IMG/VR virus record: IMGVR_UViG_3300045988_037879
Span: 1 to 52,599 of that record
Direction: 5' to 3' (one strand)
DNA: 52,599 nucleotides
From: a virus
In this document: positions 43,528 to 52,448 of the stretch, in pieces
How the letters are laid out: the number at the start of each line of letters is the position of its first letter
Numbering within the stretch: position 1 is the stretch's first letter
Position numbers and translations under genes: made by a program
Notes under the pieces: generated by a model
Told to the model about the DNA's origin: nothing
Seen by the model: only the letters and a program-made list of their open reading frames with translations
Databases searched by the model: none

Positions 43528-44151
43528 TTAGAACAAAAGAACTTTGTTCCAAAGGTCGATGAACTGATTTCCGAATTGACGGGCGCGATTTGCGGTTTTG
43601 AAGCAAAGCCGAGAACCGAAATACGCAGACGTATACGACGGCGCATTATACGTATCCGCACACACGAAGCCCGCACGGTTTTTGTCATAGACAAACCACG
43701 GAAACCACTTGTCTTGACGGCTGTTTGAGAAGTCCGGCACGAAATCATCCGCCTTGTTCCACGCTTCCGCGATGGTGAACAATTCGTTCAGGGCGGTAAG
43801 TGCCTTGACGTGCGACGGGTTCAGGGCATCGACAAGACGGGTGACATCTTCAAGACCCGGCACGGTGTTGGTGGCGGCAATTTTTTTGCTGACCGTAAAT
43901 TGCTTGTTCGCCTTGCCGCCAAGATATTCACGGGCGGTGATGTAGTCGGTGATGGTTTCGTTGGGTTCTTCCTTGACTTCGACTTCTTCAAGGCTGAAAT
44001 CAAAGGGGGTCAACCATTCATCGTCGGTCGGGTCAAGACCATCGTTTGCGTCGCTGATGTAGTTGCCCATCGCGTCGGCGGCATCCTGACGGGTAGCAAA
44101 GCAACCCACGGTTTCGCCGTTTTCGGTGTTTGAAAGTTTATACTTTATCAT
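43528..44151 (-). CDS. DGR target protein 2 (207 aa) encoded in the early/recombination operon
   Basis: The segment NRAGFVCADTYNAPSYTSAYFGSRLCF is encoded by VR2. 23 codons follow the VR. Confidence 0.8.
   Translation of the reverse strand: MIKYKLSNTENGETVGCFATRQDAADAMGNYISDANDGLDPTDDEWLTPFDFSLEEVEVKEEPNETITDYITAREYLGGKANKQFTVSKKIAATNTVPGLEDVTRLVDALNPSHVKALTALNELFTIAEAWNKADDFVPDFSNSRQDKWFPWFVYDKNRAGFVCADTYNAPSYTSAYFGSRLCFKTANRARQFGNQFIDLWNKVLLF
43601..43677 (-). repeat. DGR variable repeat 2 (VR2, truncated), with IMH-like end at 43601-43617
   Basis: Gap-free alignment of 43611-43677 to TR 4096-4162. There are 11 mismatches, all at TR adenines. The 17-nt 3' end is identical to that of VR1. 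Confidence 0.88.
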
Positions 44152-44162
44152 TTTTGAATTGA

Positions 44163-44933
44163 TTAAAATGGTGATTTACTGAAATTTTTAATTATTAGTC
44201 CGGGGGTGGCAACCGTGATTGTCTTGCCCGTTGCGGCTTCAATGTCGGCTTGAAATTCGGCGGCATTGGCGTTGGCATCCGAAAGGTGAATCAACACAAT
44301 GTTGTTGACCCCGGAAAGGTCTTGCGCAAGAATTGTCGCCCGGCATTCGGCAAAACTGCAATGGCTTTTCTTGGTTCGGTTCGCAAGGGCTTTCGGCAAG
44401 CGTCCGGCGGCAAGGTTGCTTTCCAAGATGTCGTGCCGATAATTGCATTCAATCAAGATGTTGTTCACGCCGGGAAACTTGATGATGTTGTCTATGCCGA
44501 AAGGGGCATAACGCAAATAACGGGTGTCGGTGGCAAACAACGTCGTTCCCATTGCCGGGTGATGAATCAGGAATCCGAAAGGTTCGGCGGCATCATGCTC
44601 GACCCTGAAAGGCATTACACGGAATTTGCCGATTGAAACCATCTCGTGGTCGGCGACCTGATGCACAAGATTGTGTTTGTCGATGCCCAAAGCCTTTGCA
44701 GTACCCCGCGACGTGTAAACGGGAATGAAATAATCAAGGAACTTGCCGACGGCGGCGGAATGGTCGCCGTGTTCGTGCGATATAACCGCCCCGACAATAT
44801 GCCGGGTCTTGAAGTCCATTGCCCGGCGCAAGCGGCTGAAAGGGATGCCACATTCAACGGCAAGGGCTTCATCGCCATTGTCGAAAATGTAGCAATTACC
44901 CTTTGAGCTGCTGCCGATAATCTTCAAGTCCAT
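44163..44933 (-). CDS. Metallo-beta-lactamase-fold hydrolase / nuclease
   Basis: HxHxDH motif in VISHEHGDHSAAV. Confidence 0.75.
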   Translation of the reverse strand: MDLKIIGSSSKGNCYIFDNGDEALAVECGIPFSRLRRAMDFKTRHIVGAVISHEHGDHSAAVGKFLDYFIPVYTSRGTAKALGIDKHNLVHQVADHEMVSIGKFRVMPFRVEHDAAEPFGFLIHHPAMGTTLFATDTRYLRYAPFGIDNIIKFPGVNNILIECNYRHDILESNLAAGRLPKALANRTKKSHCSFAECRATILAQDLSGVNNIVLIHLSDANANAAEFQADIEAATGKTITVATPGLIIKNFSKSPF

Positions 44934-45895
44934 CAGAATCCGGGATTATCGGTTGTTGATTCAGGCGCGGCGGGCGCGGGTTCTGCCTTTGCTTCCGGGG
45001 CGGCGGCTTCCTGATTGGCGGGTTCAGGGGATGCCGGGGCGGGGTCGGACGCGGGCTTTGCATCGTCCATGCTGATTGTCGATGCGGTGTTGTTCGCGGT
45101 CGCGGCGGGCGGGGTCGGGATTTCCTCAAACTCGACATCCACGATGTCTTGTTGTTCCTCGATTGTGCGCATACCCATCGAAAGTTCGGGGGCATAAGCG
45201 TTTGTCCACATCGACGCGGCGCGATACATCAGCATTTGGCGGGGCATTGTGCGCCACTTCGACCCGTCCTTTGTGAACCATCGTTCTTCGATGGCAAGAT
45301 GAATTGACACCGGGGCGGATTCAAGAACATCTTTCGACCCTTTCTTGGTGGTGTAAGCCACGCATTCAAGGTTGCGAATGTTCGTGCCGTCAAGGGTCTT
45401 TGTGACCGCTTCTTTGCGGCGTGTGTGGTCGTTCCACACATAGTCGGTGTATTCGACTTTGCCGATGTTGCCTTTGTCGGTGAAGCGGAATTGCAGGGGT
45501 TCAAACCGACCGCACGAATTGACCGTTGCAATCAGAAACTTTGATGACCATGACGGGCGACCGTAAATAACCGCCATATTCTGCATGACCATCAGGGGCG
45601 ACGCGCCGATGCGCATTGACACTTCAACGGCAATCATGCAATTTGCAACCGCCTTGTCCATTGCCGCCTTGTTTTCCGCCTGAATAGCGGCGACCATTTC
45701 AGGATTCGCGCCGCCGGGAATCGGCTTCACTTTCGGTTTGTAGGTGTCCGGCACAAGGTCGGATGATGCGAACATCTTGCACACCCGTTGCATGGTTTCA
45801 AACTGCACCGGGTCGAAGAAGTTGAACCCGACCGTCGCGGGGGCGGTGGTTGTCACCACCCCGACGGGATTTGATTTTTGAATTTCGTTGCTCAT
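44933..45895 (-). CDS. recT: RecT-family single-strand annealing protein with Pro/Ala-rich tail
   Basis: Core pattern ...IAVEVSMRIGASPLMVMQNMAVIYGRPSWSSKF... and its position between the ATPase and the MBL-fold gene. Confidence 0.65.
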   Translation of the reverse strand: MSNEIQKSNPVGVVTTTAPATVGFNFFDPVQFETMQRVCKMFASSDLVPDTYKPKVKPIPGGANPEMVAAIQAENKAAMDKAVANCMIAVEVSMRIGASPLMVMQNMAVIYGRPSWSSKFLIATVNSCGRFEPLQFRFTDKGNIGKVEYTDYVWNDHTRRKEAVTKTLDGTNIRNLECVAYTTKKGSKDVLESAPVSIHLAIEERWFTKDGSKWRTMPRQMLMYRAASMWTNAYAPELSMGMRTIEEQQDIVDVEFEEIPTPPAATANNTASTISMDDAKPASDPAPASPEPANQEAAAPEAKAEPAPAAPESTTDNPGF

Positions 45896-47853
45896 TCGAT
45901 TGTTAATTTGTTGTCGGTTGTCACGACAAGGTTAATGATTTGGCTTTCGGTATGAATCAGGGTGTTCACCGATTCGCGGTTGTCAATGAATATCGGGGCG
46001 CTAATGCCGTAGAAGCGGCAAAGCGTGTTGATGATGTCAAGACCCGCATTGACTTGTCCGGCGGTGTTTGCCGCGCCAAACGGCACACCATCGACAAGGG
46101 GGATGCACGTTTCATAAGTGTTGCCCTCATAGGTCTTGTCAAATAGACGGAATGTGACGTTGTGGAATAGACCGTTGATGCGGCTTTCGCATTCACGAAT
46201 CTTGGTGCGTGTAAACTCCTGAATCGTGTATTCCTCTTTTTCAAGGTCGGCGATTTGTTGCGCAAGGGTCTTGCCCCTTTCGTTAAGTTCGGCAATCTCC
46301 TTTTCCGCACGGGCGATTTCATCACGGGCGAAAAGACGCTTTTTCAGGGCATCGCGGCGGTCGGTCAGTTCCTTTTTCTTTGCCTGATGTTCGGAATCAT
46401 CCGGGGCGGCGGTCGTGGTCGCAACGGCGGCTTGTGCTTCATCGATTTGCTTTGTCAATTCGGCATATCCGGCGACTTCTTCCGGCACGACGGTTGCGGC
46501 GGTGCTTTCGGGCATAGCTGCAAGGGTGGCTTCCTTGTCCTTGATTTCAGTTTCGACGGCGGCGATGGCATCGTTTTGGTCGGCAATCTCCTTTTCGGTG
46601 TCCTGATGCGACTTTTTGAGGTCGGCAAGCCGGGCGGCAAGTTTTTTGCCCTCTGCCTGAATTGCATCCTTTTTCGCCTTTTGGGTCGCCAAGAAGTCCG
46701 CCAAATTCTTGTCGCGCATTTCCTTTGGCAAGACTTGTCCGCAATGGTGGCAAATATCATCGCCGGAATAAGCCTTTGCATTCTCCTTGTACCACTCATT
46801 GCGCTTGTCGTTGATGGTCGTTTCAAGGTTCGCAATGTCGGCGGCGTAACGGTCGCGGGTGTCGGTCAGGGTGCGCAATGTGCGCTTCATGGCTGACAAT
46901 TCACGCTTCTTTGATTCGATGGTCGATGTTAGTTCACGGCGGGTCGCATTGGCTTCAAATGCGGCATTTTGGGCGGCTTGTTCGGCATCCCTGACAAGGT
47001 TGTTGCGCTTGGTGATAAGGTCATTCACTTTGCGTTGCTTTTCTTGTTCCGCCTTATATTCGGCACGGACACGGGCGGCGTTATCCGACAAAATTTTGTC
47101 AATGTCGGCAATCTCCTTGTCCACTTGCGCGATTTCGGTTTCAAGGGCGGCGAAATCCTCGCTTTCCGGCTTCATCTTGTGGGTTTGGTCGATGCGCGGT
47201 TGAATGTTATCCAATTCTCCTTGCAAGCGGCTTTTCTTTGCCGCCAATTCCTTTTTGAAGTCGGCAAGTGATTTCCCGGTCAGCTTGTCAAGAAGAAGTT
47301 GAAATTCGGGCTTTTGGGCGGCAATTTCGGCATCCGTGATTGTTCCGGCGAGTTGAAAAAGTTGTGTGCGCTGCAACTTCCAATCCATGCTTGCAAAGAA
47401 CATCGGGTTCGTTATCATCTTGAACAACGATGCTTCAAGGATGGCGGCGACACGGGAATCAAACTCTTTCACCTTGACCGGGGTTTCGTTCCACCAACAT
47501 TCGTTGTGTGTACCTTTCAACACGCGGTCAACCTGACCACGGGGTTTCACCCATTCTTCGACCGATTCACGTTTTAATGTGAGTTCCTGACCGTCGATGT
47601 CAAGAACACCCGTCACGCTGCATTCAACTTCATGGAGCAACGACCCGTCGGCGTTGTGGGTGCGCACTTCGTAGTCCTTGCGGTCTTGAACGTCCTTGCC
47701 GAATAAAAGCCACATGAATGCGTCAAAGTGTCTTGATTTGCCAAGACCATTGCCGCCGGATATGCGGGTAACATCGGCGTTGAAGTGCGTTGTTCTTGCT
47801 TGTTCACCCTTGAAGTTGCAAAGGGTAAGCGATTTCAAGATAACTTTCTTCAT
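45892..47853 (-). CDS. SMC/Rad50/SbcC-like coiled-coil ATPase
   Basis: N-terminal P-loop GGNGLGKS, a ~400-aa coiled coil, and a C-terminal signature/Walker B region. Confidence 0.7.
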   Translation of the reverse strand: MKKVILKSLTLCNFKGEQARTTHFNADVTRISGGNGLGKSRHFDAFMWLLFGKDVQDRKDYEVRTHNADGSLLHEVECSVTGVLDIDGQELTLKRESVEEWVKPRGQVDRVLKGTHNECWWNETPVKVKEFDSRVAAILEASLFKMITNPMFFASMDWKLQRTQLFQLAGTITDAEIAAQKPEFQLLLDKLTGKSLADFKKELAAKKSRLQGELDNIQPRIDQTHKMKPESEDFAALETEIAQVDKEIADIDKILSDNAARVRAEYKAEQEKQRKVNDLITKRNNLVRDAEQAAQNAAFEANATRRELTSTIESKKRELSAMKRTLRTLTDTRDRYAADIANLETTINDKRNEWYKENAKAYSGDDICHHCGQVLPKEMRDKNLADFLATQKAKKDAIQAEGKKLAARLADLKKSHQDTEKEIADQNDAIAAVETEIKDKEATLAAMPESTAATVVPEEVAGYAELTKQIDEAQAAVATTTAAPDDSEHQAKKKELTDRRDALKKRLFARDEIARAEKEIAELNERGKTLAQQIADLEKEEYTIQEFTRTKIRECESRINGLFHNVTFRLFDKTYEGNTYETCIPLVDGVPFGAANTAGQVNAGLDIINTLCRFYGISAPIFIDNRESVNTLIHTESQIINLVVTTDNKLTIE

Positions 47854-47862
47854 GTTAGTATA

Positions 47863-48066
47863 TTATTTATTAGTTATTTCCATTTTTGCATCGACCTCAA
47901 AGATTGCACGGTGTTGACCGTCCACCCAATTAAGACTTGATGCGAATATTTCTGCAATATATTTGCCGACTTCTTCTTTATCTTGCGCAACAACTTTATA
48001 TTCATTGTTTTCAATCGAAAGAATATATCCGTTGGCGGCTTTTTCGACTATAATTTTATTTGCCAT
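47863..48066 (-). CDS. Hypothetical protein (67 aa)
   Basis: ORF in the early operon. Confidence 0.45.
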   Translation of the reverse strand: MANKIIVEKAANGYILSIENNEYKVVAQDKEEVGKYIAEIFASSLNWVDGQHRAIFEVDAKMEITNK

Positions 48067-48334
48067 CGTTGAATAATTCTATTGCTTTATCCGCGTCAAT
48101 GACTATCAACCGACCACGTTGTGAAATTGCCTTGTCTATCTTTCCGCTTGCCTTGATGCGGTTGGCGGTGCTGATACTGCAATTAAAGATGCGGGCAATT
48201 CCGGCGATGCCATATTCAAGGCGGCGTTCTTTCGGTGCGTCTTGCGTCGGTTTTCCTGATGCCGATTCAATCAGTTCAAGAAGTTGCCCAACCGTCAAGT
48301 CAATCAACCTTGTGTTCGGGTCAATATCAATCAT
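48056..48334 (-). CDS. Excisionase-like / DUF3853-like HTH protein (92 aa)
   Basis: HTH IAGIARIFNCSISTANRI followed by ...RGRLIVIDADKAIELF. Confidence 0.5.
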   Translation of the reverse strand: MIDIDPNTRLIDLTVGQLLELIESASGKPTQDAPKERRLEYGIAGIARIFNCSISTANRIKASGKIDKAISQRGRLIVIDADKAIELFNDGK

Positions 48335-48549
48335 AATTCGGCGGAATCATCTTCGGGAATCGGAACTTCTTTGATGTAGTGTGAAGCCAATGCGAATGAA
48401 GCGACCATCAGGGCGCAAAGCCAAAGGCATTCGGCGAATATCACGGCGAAAGTCAAGGACAATGCCCACCACATGAAAATCGCACGTTGGCGCGGGGTTA
48501 GGTCTTGACCGCCCGCAATCTCTTTAAGGTAATGTTTTATCTTGTTCAT
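48331..48549 (-). CDS. Small two-TM membrane protein (72 aa)
   Basis: Hydrophobic helices, with the leader AAATTTCGCAACG-ATG. Confidence 0.5.
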   Translation of the reverse strand: MNKIKHYLKEIAGGQDLTPRQRAIFMWWALSLTFAVIFAECLWLCALMVASFALASHYIKEVPIPEDDSAEL

Positions 48550-48560
48550 CGTTGCGAAAT

Positions 48561-48950
48561 TTAGAAGTAAATGAAATCAACATCGGATTCGTTGCGCGAC
48601 CGACGGGCGCGGATGGTTCTTGTCGTGCGGGTACTTGTGCGCATTGTCCGGCAATAGTCTTGATGTTCGATTGCGAACACTTGCGGAGTAAGAAGCATCA
48701 GGAACACCCCGGCGATAATCTTGCGTTTAAGCGGCGACAAGTCAAAGGAAATGTGAAAGGTTGTGCAAAACCACCACGCGCACAATTCATTGATTTTCTG
48801 ACACCCGATTTTTGCATATATGTTCCGGGCGTGATTTTCAACGGTACGTTCCGAAATGAAAAGGCGGTTGGCAACATCTTTCTTGCTTGCGCCCCAAGCG
48901 AACAATTCCGCAATTTCGGATTCGCGTTTGGTTAATTCTGCAACTTTCAT
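48561..48950 (-). CDS. LuxR-type HTH regulator with C-terminal TM segment
   Basis: LTKRESEIAELFAWGASKKDVANRLFISERTVENHARNIYAKIG. The start is taken at MKVAEL (48950). Confidence 0.65.
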   Translation of the reverse strand: MKVAELTKRESEIAELFAWGASKKDVANRLFISERTVENHARNIYAKIGCQKINELCAWWFCTTFHISFDLSPLKRKIIAGVFLMLLTPQVFAIEHQDYCRTMRTSTRTTRTIRARRSRNESDVDFIYF

Positions 48951-49171
48951 CATTCCGCCCCCCACACTTCTTTGATGCCGTATTCGGCGAAAACACTTTC
49001 AACGGCGCGGGCTTCGGAAATCTTCGGTTCGACATCTCCTTTCAGGCGTTTGCCCCAAGCGGCGCGGGTGGTGATGTTTAGTGCCGCCATCAGCTTGTCG
49101 CGGCATTCGGCAAGGTCGCCATTCTTGACTTGCGACCATCCTTTCAGGAATGAAAAGTTTTCTTTGCTCAT
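48950..49171 (-). CDS. Hypothetical early protein (73 aa)
   Basis: Start taken at MSKENFSFLKGW (49171). Confidence 0.45.
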   Translation of the reverse strand: MSKENFSFLKGWSQVKNGDLAECRDKLMAALNITTRAAWGKRLKGDVEPKISEARAVESVFAEYGIKEVWGAE

Positions 49172-49215
49172 ATTTAGGTGATTAAGCGGGGCGGCATTCA
49201 CCGCCCCGGCGGTTA

Positions 49216-49482
49216 TTACATACATTTGGGAAATTCGGATGATTTAAGGCGATGCCCGGCAAGAATCAAAAGGGCGACTTCCATTTTGAATGACCGGGCG
49301 ACTTCACACGGGCATCCGTGGTCGGCGGTCGGCGACCATACCGTGAAGCATACCCCCGACCCGTCGGAATAAAATTCGATTGACCGACCCTTGCCATTGT
49401 CAAGTGCGGCGATGGTATCAAGTACCCTTGCACGGGTGCTTAGGTCAAGACTATCAATTTTTTCTTTAATATCTGCATTCAT
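49216..49482 (-). CDS. First gene of the leftward early operon, hypothetical (88 aa)
   Basis: ORF with the leader AAATTTCGCAACA-ATG. It faces the switch region. Confidence 0.5.
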   Translation of the reverse strand: MNADIKEKIDSLDLSTRARVLDTIAALDNGKGRSIEFYSDGSGVCFTVWSPTADHGCPCEVARSFKMEVALLILAGHRLKSSEFPKCM

Positions 49483-49562
49483 TGTTGCGAAATTTTTGGT
49501 GTCGTTTTGAAATTTTGTGGCTTCGGTTGCGGGGGTTTCGCTAAAATGACGTAACTTTGCTA

Positions 49563-49593
49563 TTTGTAAGCGTTCATTTTCGCTTTAACTTTG
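49563..49593 (+). promoter_or_regulatory. Bacteroidota-type promoter for the XRE repressor gene
   Basis: TTTG (49563-49566), a 19-nt spacer, then TAACTTTG (49586-49593). Confidence 0.5.
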
Positions 49594-49615
49594 CAACGTG
49601 TTCCGTTTACGCTTG

Positions 49616-49646
49616 CAAAGATACACAATATTTGGTGTTTGTCAAT
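49616..49646 (-). promoter_or_regulatory. Candidate leftward early promoter
   Basis: On the minus strand: ATTG (49646-49643), a 19-nt spacer, then TATCTTTG (49623-49616). The spacer contains operator-like palindrome O1. Confidence 0.4.
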
Positions 49647-49663
49647 AGGTAACACCCAATATT
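49623..49663. promoter_or_regulatory. Operator-like repeats O1 (palindrome ACACAATATTTGGTGTT) and O2 (AACACCCAATATT)
   Basis: AACACC[C/A]AATATT occurs on the minus strand at 49639-49627 and on the plus strand at 49651-49663. Confidence 0.5.
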
Positions 49664-49703
49664 TTGCAGGAATGGCGCGTTAAAAAATGTTACATAATTA
49701 AAG

Positions 49704-50123
49704 ATGAACAATTTAGACATTAAGAAAATTCGCACAATGTTGGGTTTTACGCAAAAGCAACTTGCGGAAACGGTCGGCGTGTCGGTAAATACAATTCAAA
49801 ATTGGGAATCGGGCGGCAAAATCCCGAAGTCAAAACACCCAATATTGCAATCGCTGATAGCAAAGCCCCATATTGTTTACGGCGGGCAACACGTTCAAAA
49901 CGGCGACGCAATCAACGGCGACAAGATTGTTCAGGAAGTTGCCGACGTGAAAGAATGCGTTGATGAAGTTGTCCAAGAAGAAGTCAACATCAAAAAGGTT
50001 GTTGCGTGTGAAGCCGACCGCCTTGTGTCGCTCCTTGAAGCAAAGCAACGGTCGCTTGATACGCTTATCGAGCAACAAGCCAGATTCCTGACCATTATTG
50101 AAAACCTATCAAAAACCAAATAA
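49704..50123 (+). CDS. XRE-family HTH repressor (CI-like role)
   Basis: IRTMLGFTQKQLAETVGVSVNTIQNWESG. It is divergent from the early operon. Confidence 0.8.
   Translation: MNNLDIKKIRTMLGFTQKQLAETVGVSVNTIQNWESGGKIPKSKHPILQSLIAKPHIVYGGQHVQNGDAINGDKIVQEVADVKECVDEVVQEEVNIKKVVACEADRLVSLLEAKQRSLDTLIEQQARFLTIIENLSKTK
49834..49846 (+). promoter_or_regulatory. Third copy (O3) of AACACCCAATATT, inside the repressor coding region
   Basis: Exact 13-nt repeat of 49651-49663. Confidence 0.4.
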
Positions 50124-50125
50124 CG

Positions 50126-50305
50126 ATGATTGAAATTGAAGTCAATAAATATTATGGCGTTCCGGCTTATTACTCCGTTATGCCTGAACAAATTTTTGAT
50201 GCTCTTGAATTGGCATCCCTTAAAGGTGAAGAAACCGCAATGGTCAGTAAGTCACAATTTGATAAGATGATTGCCGATTATGAAATCAAGATGCGCAATA
50301 AATAA
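50126..50305 (+). CDS. Small protein (59 aa), below the ORF-track cutoff
   Basis: MIEIEVNKYYGVPAYYSVMPEQIFDALELASLKGEETAMVSKSQFDKMIADYEIKMRNK. It starts 3 nt after the repressor stop. Confidence 0.45.
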   Translation: MIEIEVNKYYGVPAYYSVMPEQIFDALELASLKGEETAMVSKSQFDKMIADYEIKMRNK

Positions 50306-50729
50306 AATCGCCGGGGGATTGGTCATGCTGCTTGTCTGCTTGTGTGGTGGGGCTTGTTCATCCACAACGGATGATTCAGGCGATGAACCCGCCGTGGCTC
50401 TTTCAACCATTGCCGGGCGATGGAACGTAACGGCATATCAGGACGGCACACACTTCACCCCGGCGACCAACCCGGAATATTACGATTTTACGCCGGACGG
50501 GGGCTTCACCCATGTTTATGAACACACCGCCGATTTGACAGACACAACCACCGGGCGTTACACCTACAACCCGGAAAAGCAATCAATCCACGTCGATGAA
50601 CCACGGGGATGGAATCTTGACATTGCTGTTAAATTCCTATCGGACACCGACGGCGGTTATAAAGCCGTGTTCAACGTAAAAGGGCGCACCCCCGCGCAAT
50701 CAAAGGTTGTTAGGGTTAAACGTCAATGA
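50280..50729 (+). CDS. Secreted / lipoprotein moron with lipocalin-like beta-rich body
   Basis: MKSRCAINKIAGGLVMLLVCLCGGAC signal-like N-terminus. The start is taken at 50280. Confidence 0.55.
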   Translation: MKSRCAINKIAGGLVMLLVCLCGGACSSTTDDSGDEPAVALSTIAGRWNVTAYQDGTHFTPATNPEYYDFTPDGGFTHVYEHTADLTDTTTGRYTYNPEKQSIHVDEPRGWNLDIAVKFLSDTDGGYKAVFNVKGRTPAQSKVVRVKRQ

Positions 50730-50792
50730 TGCAAATGCAATCCAACTGCAATGCAAATTTGTGCAAAAGAAAAGAAAATAAAAGAAAAGAAA
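50728..50792 (+). repeat. Intergenic copy of the ATGCAAATGCAAT + purine-tract element (inverted relative to 41790-41853)
   Basis: GATGCAAATGCAATCCAACTGCAATGCAAATTTGTGCAAAAGAAAAGAAAATAAAAGAAAAGAAAT. Confidence 0.55.
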
Positions 50793-50862
50793 TATATCTT
50801 CGATATAATATAAAATAGGGCAAAACAAGTTTTGCTTTTCTTTATAAGGCAATGAAATCAAA

Positions 50863-51156
50863 ATGAAAAAATCAGTCAACCCCCAAGCGATTGAAATAAC
50901 CCGCCGATTCTTTCAAGCCCTGAATCTCGCTATCGAGTTGGGCAAGGTCGATGGCATCAAAGGATTTTGCGAGGCGCACCACTTGAACCGGGTAAAATAT
51001 GCGACCTTGAAAATGACCATCGACAAGCCCGTTGATGAAATGACTTACAAGTGCATTGACGTGGACGCATTGGCGGGCATCTGCAATGACTTCGGGGTGT
51101 CGGCTGAATGGTTGCTTCTCGGACGGGGCAAAATGCTTAAAACGGACGCAAAATGA
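50863..51156 (+). CDS. CI-repressor-type HTH protein (97 aa)
   Basis: C-terminal ICNDFGVSAEWLLLGRGKM, typical of phage CI-type HTH domains. An ATGA overlap couples it to int. Confidence 0.6.
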   Translation: MKKSVNPQAIEITRRFFQALNLAIELGKVDGIKGFCEAHHLNRVKYATLKMTIDKPVDEMTYKCIDVDALAGICNDFGVSAEWLLLGRGKMLKTDAK

Positions 51157-52424
51157 AAATAAATTGGTCAGTCAAATTCTTGCCGCACAAACGCGGCAAA
51201 GATGTTTGTCCAATCCGAATGCGCGTGACGCTCCGGGGGCAAATACCCCTTGATTTTCCTTTGGGGCAATCCGTGAATCTTGATTCGTGGGATGCCGACA
51301 CGCAAAGGGTCAAGCCGGACAACCCAGATGCAACGACAATCAACCGCATCATGGATGAATGGCGGTCGGCAATCGGTGAAGTAATAGCACGTTATGAATT
51401 GCTTGAAAAGCGGATTCCCGACCCCGGCGAAGTCAAGGAATTGTTCAATGATTTGGTCGGACGCAACACCGCCGTTAAAGAAGTAATCCAAGACCCGGTT
51501 TCATTGTCCTTTTTCCAAGTTTATGACAAATTCACGTCAACCGTCGGCAATGAAAATCAATGGACGGATGCGACCTTTCAAAAGTTCAAGGCATTAAAGA
51601 AGCGATTGCAGACATTCGACCGCCTTTTGTCGTTTCACACCCTGACCGATGCGAAATTGCAAGAATTTGTCGCCGACTTGATGAAAAAGGGCTTGAAGAA
51701 TACAACCATTGCTAAGAACCTTGCCTTTGTCCGTTGGTTTGTCAGGTGGGCGGCGGCACATGGTTATTATTCCGGCAATGTGCATGAAACATTCCGCCCC
51801 AAACTCAAAGGCACTGACGGCAACGCAAAGGAAATTATTTATTTGACACAAGAAGAAGTCCGAGCAATTTCCGACCTGACATTTACCGCCGACGAACAAC
51901 ACTTGGAACATACCCGCGACGTGTTCTTGTTCTGCTGTTATACGGGGTTGCGCTTCTCCGATGTCGCCAAGTTGAAGCGGTGTGATGTCAAAGACACTTA
52001 CATTGACGTGGTAACGCAAAAGACCGTTGACGGGCTGAAAATAGAGTTGAACAAACATTCCCGCGCAATCCTTGACAAATACAAGGACGTGAAGTTTCGG
52101 AACGACCTTGCATTGCCCGTTCCGTGCAATGTGCGTATGAATCTTTATTTGAAAGACATCGCAAAGGCGGCGGGCATCGACACCCCGACCCGCATTGTGT
52201 ATTTCAACGGCAACCAACGGCATGAAGAAGTATTTCCGAAATGGGCATTGATAACAACCCATGTCGCTCGGCGCACGTTTGTTGTCACCGCCTTGCAGCT
52301 TGGAATTGCCGCCGAAGTGATAATGCGATGGACGGGGCATTCAAAGTTTGAAGCGATGAAGCCTTACATTGCCATTGTAGATGAATTGAAGAAAGAATCA
52401 ATGACCAAATTTAATAAAATATGA
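51153..52424 (+). CDS. int: Tyrosine integrase (Bacteroides-type, with N-terminal arm-binding and SAM-like domains)
   Basis: YTGLRFSDV (Arg), THVARRTF (HxxR) and WTGHSKFEAMKPY (His...Tyr). Confidence 0.92.
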   Translation: MKINWSVKFLPHKRGKDVCPIRMRVTLRGQIPLDFPLGQSVNLDSWDADTQRVKPDNPDATTINRIMDEWRSAIGEVIARYELLEKRIPDPGEVKELFNDLVGRNTAVKEVIQDPVSLSFFQVYDKFTSTVGNENQWTDATFQKFKALKKRLQTFDRLLSFHTLTDAKLQEFVADLMKKGLKNTTIAKNLAFVRWFVRWAAAHGYYSGNVHETFRPKLKGTDGNAKEIIYLTQEEVRAISDLTFTADEQHLEHTRDVFLFCCYTGLRFSDVAKLKRCDVKDTYIDVVTQKTVDGLKIELNKHSRAILDKYKDVKFRNDLALPVPCNVRMNLYLKDIAKAAGIDTPTRIVYFNGNQRHEEVFPKWALITTHVARRTFVVTALQLGIAAEVIMRWTGHSKFEAMKPYIAIVDELKKESMTKFNKI

Positions 52425-52448
52425 TGGCGCACGTTATCAAAATGGGTG

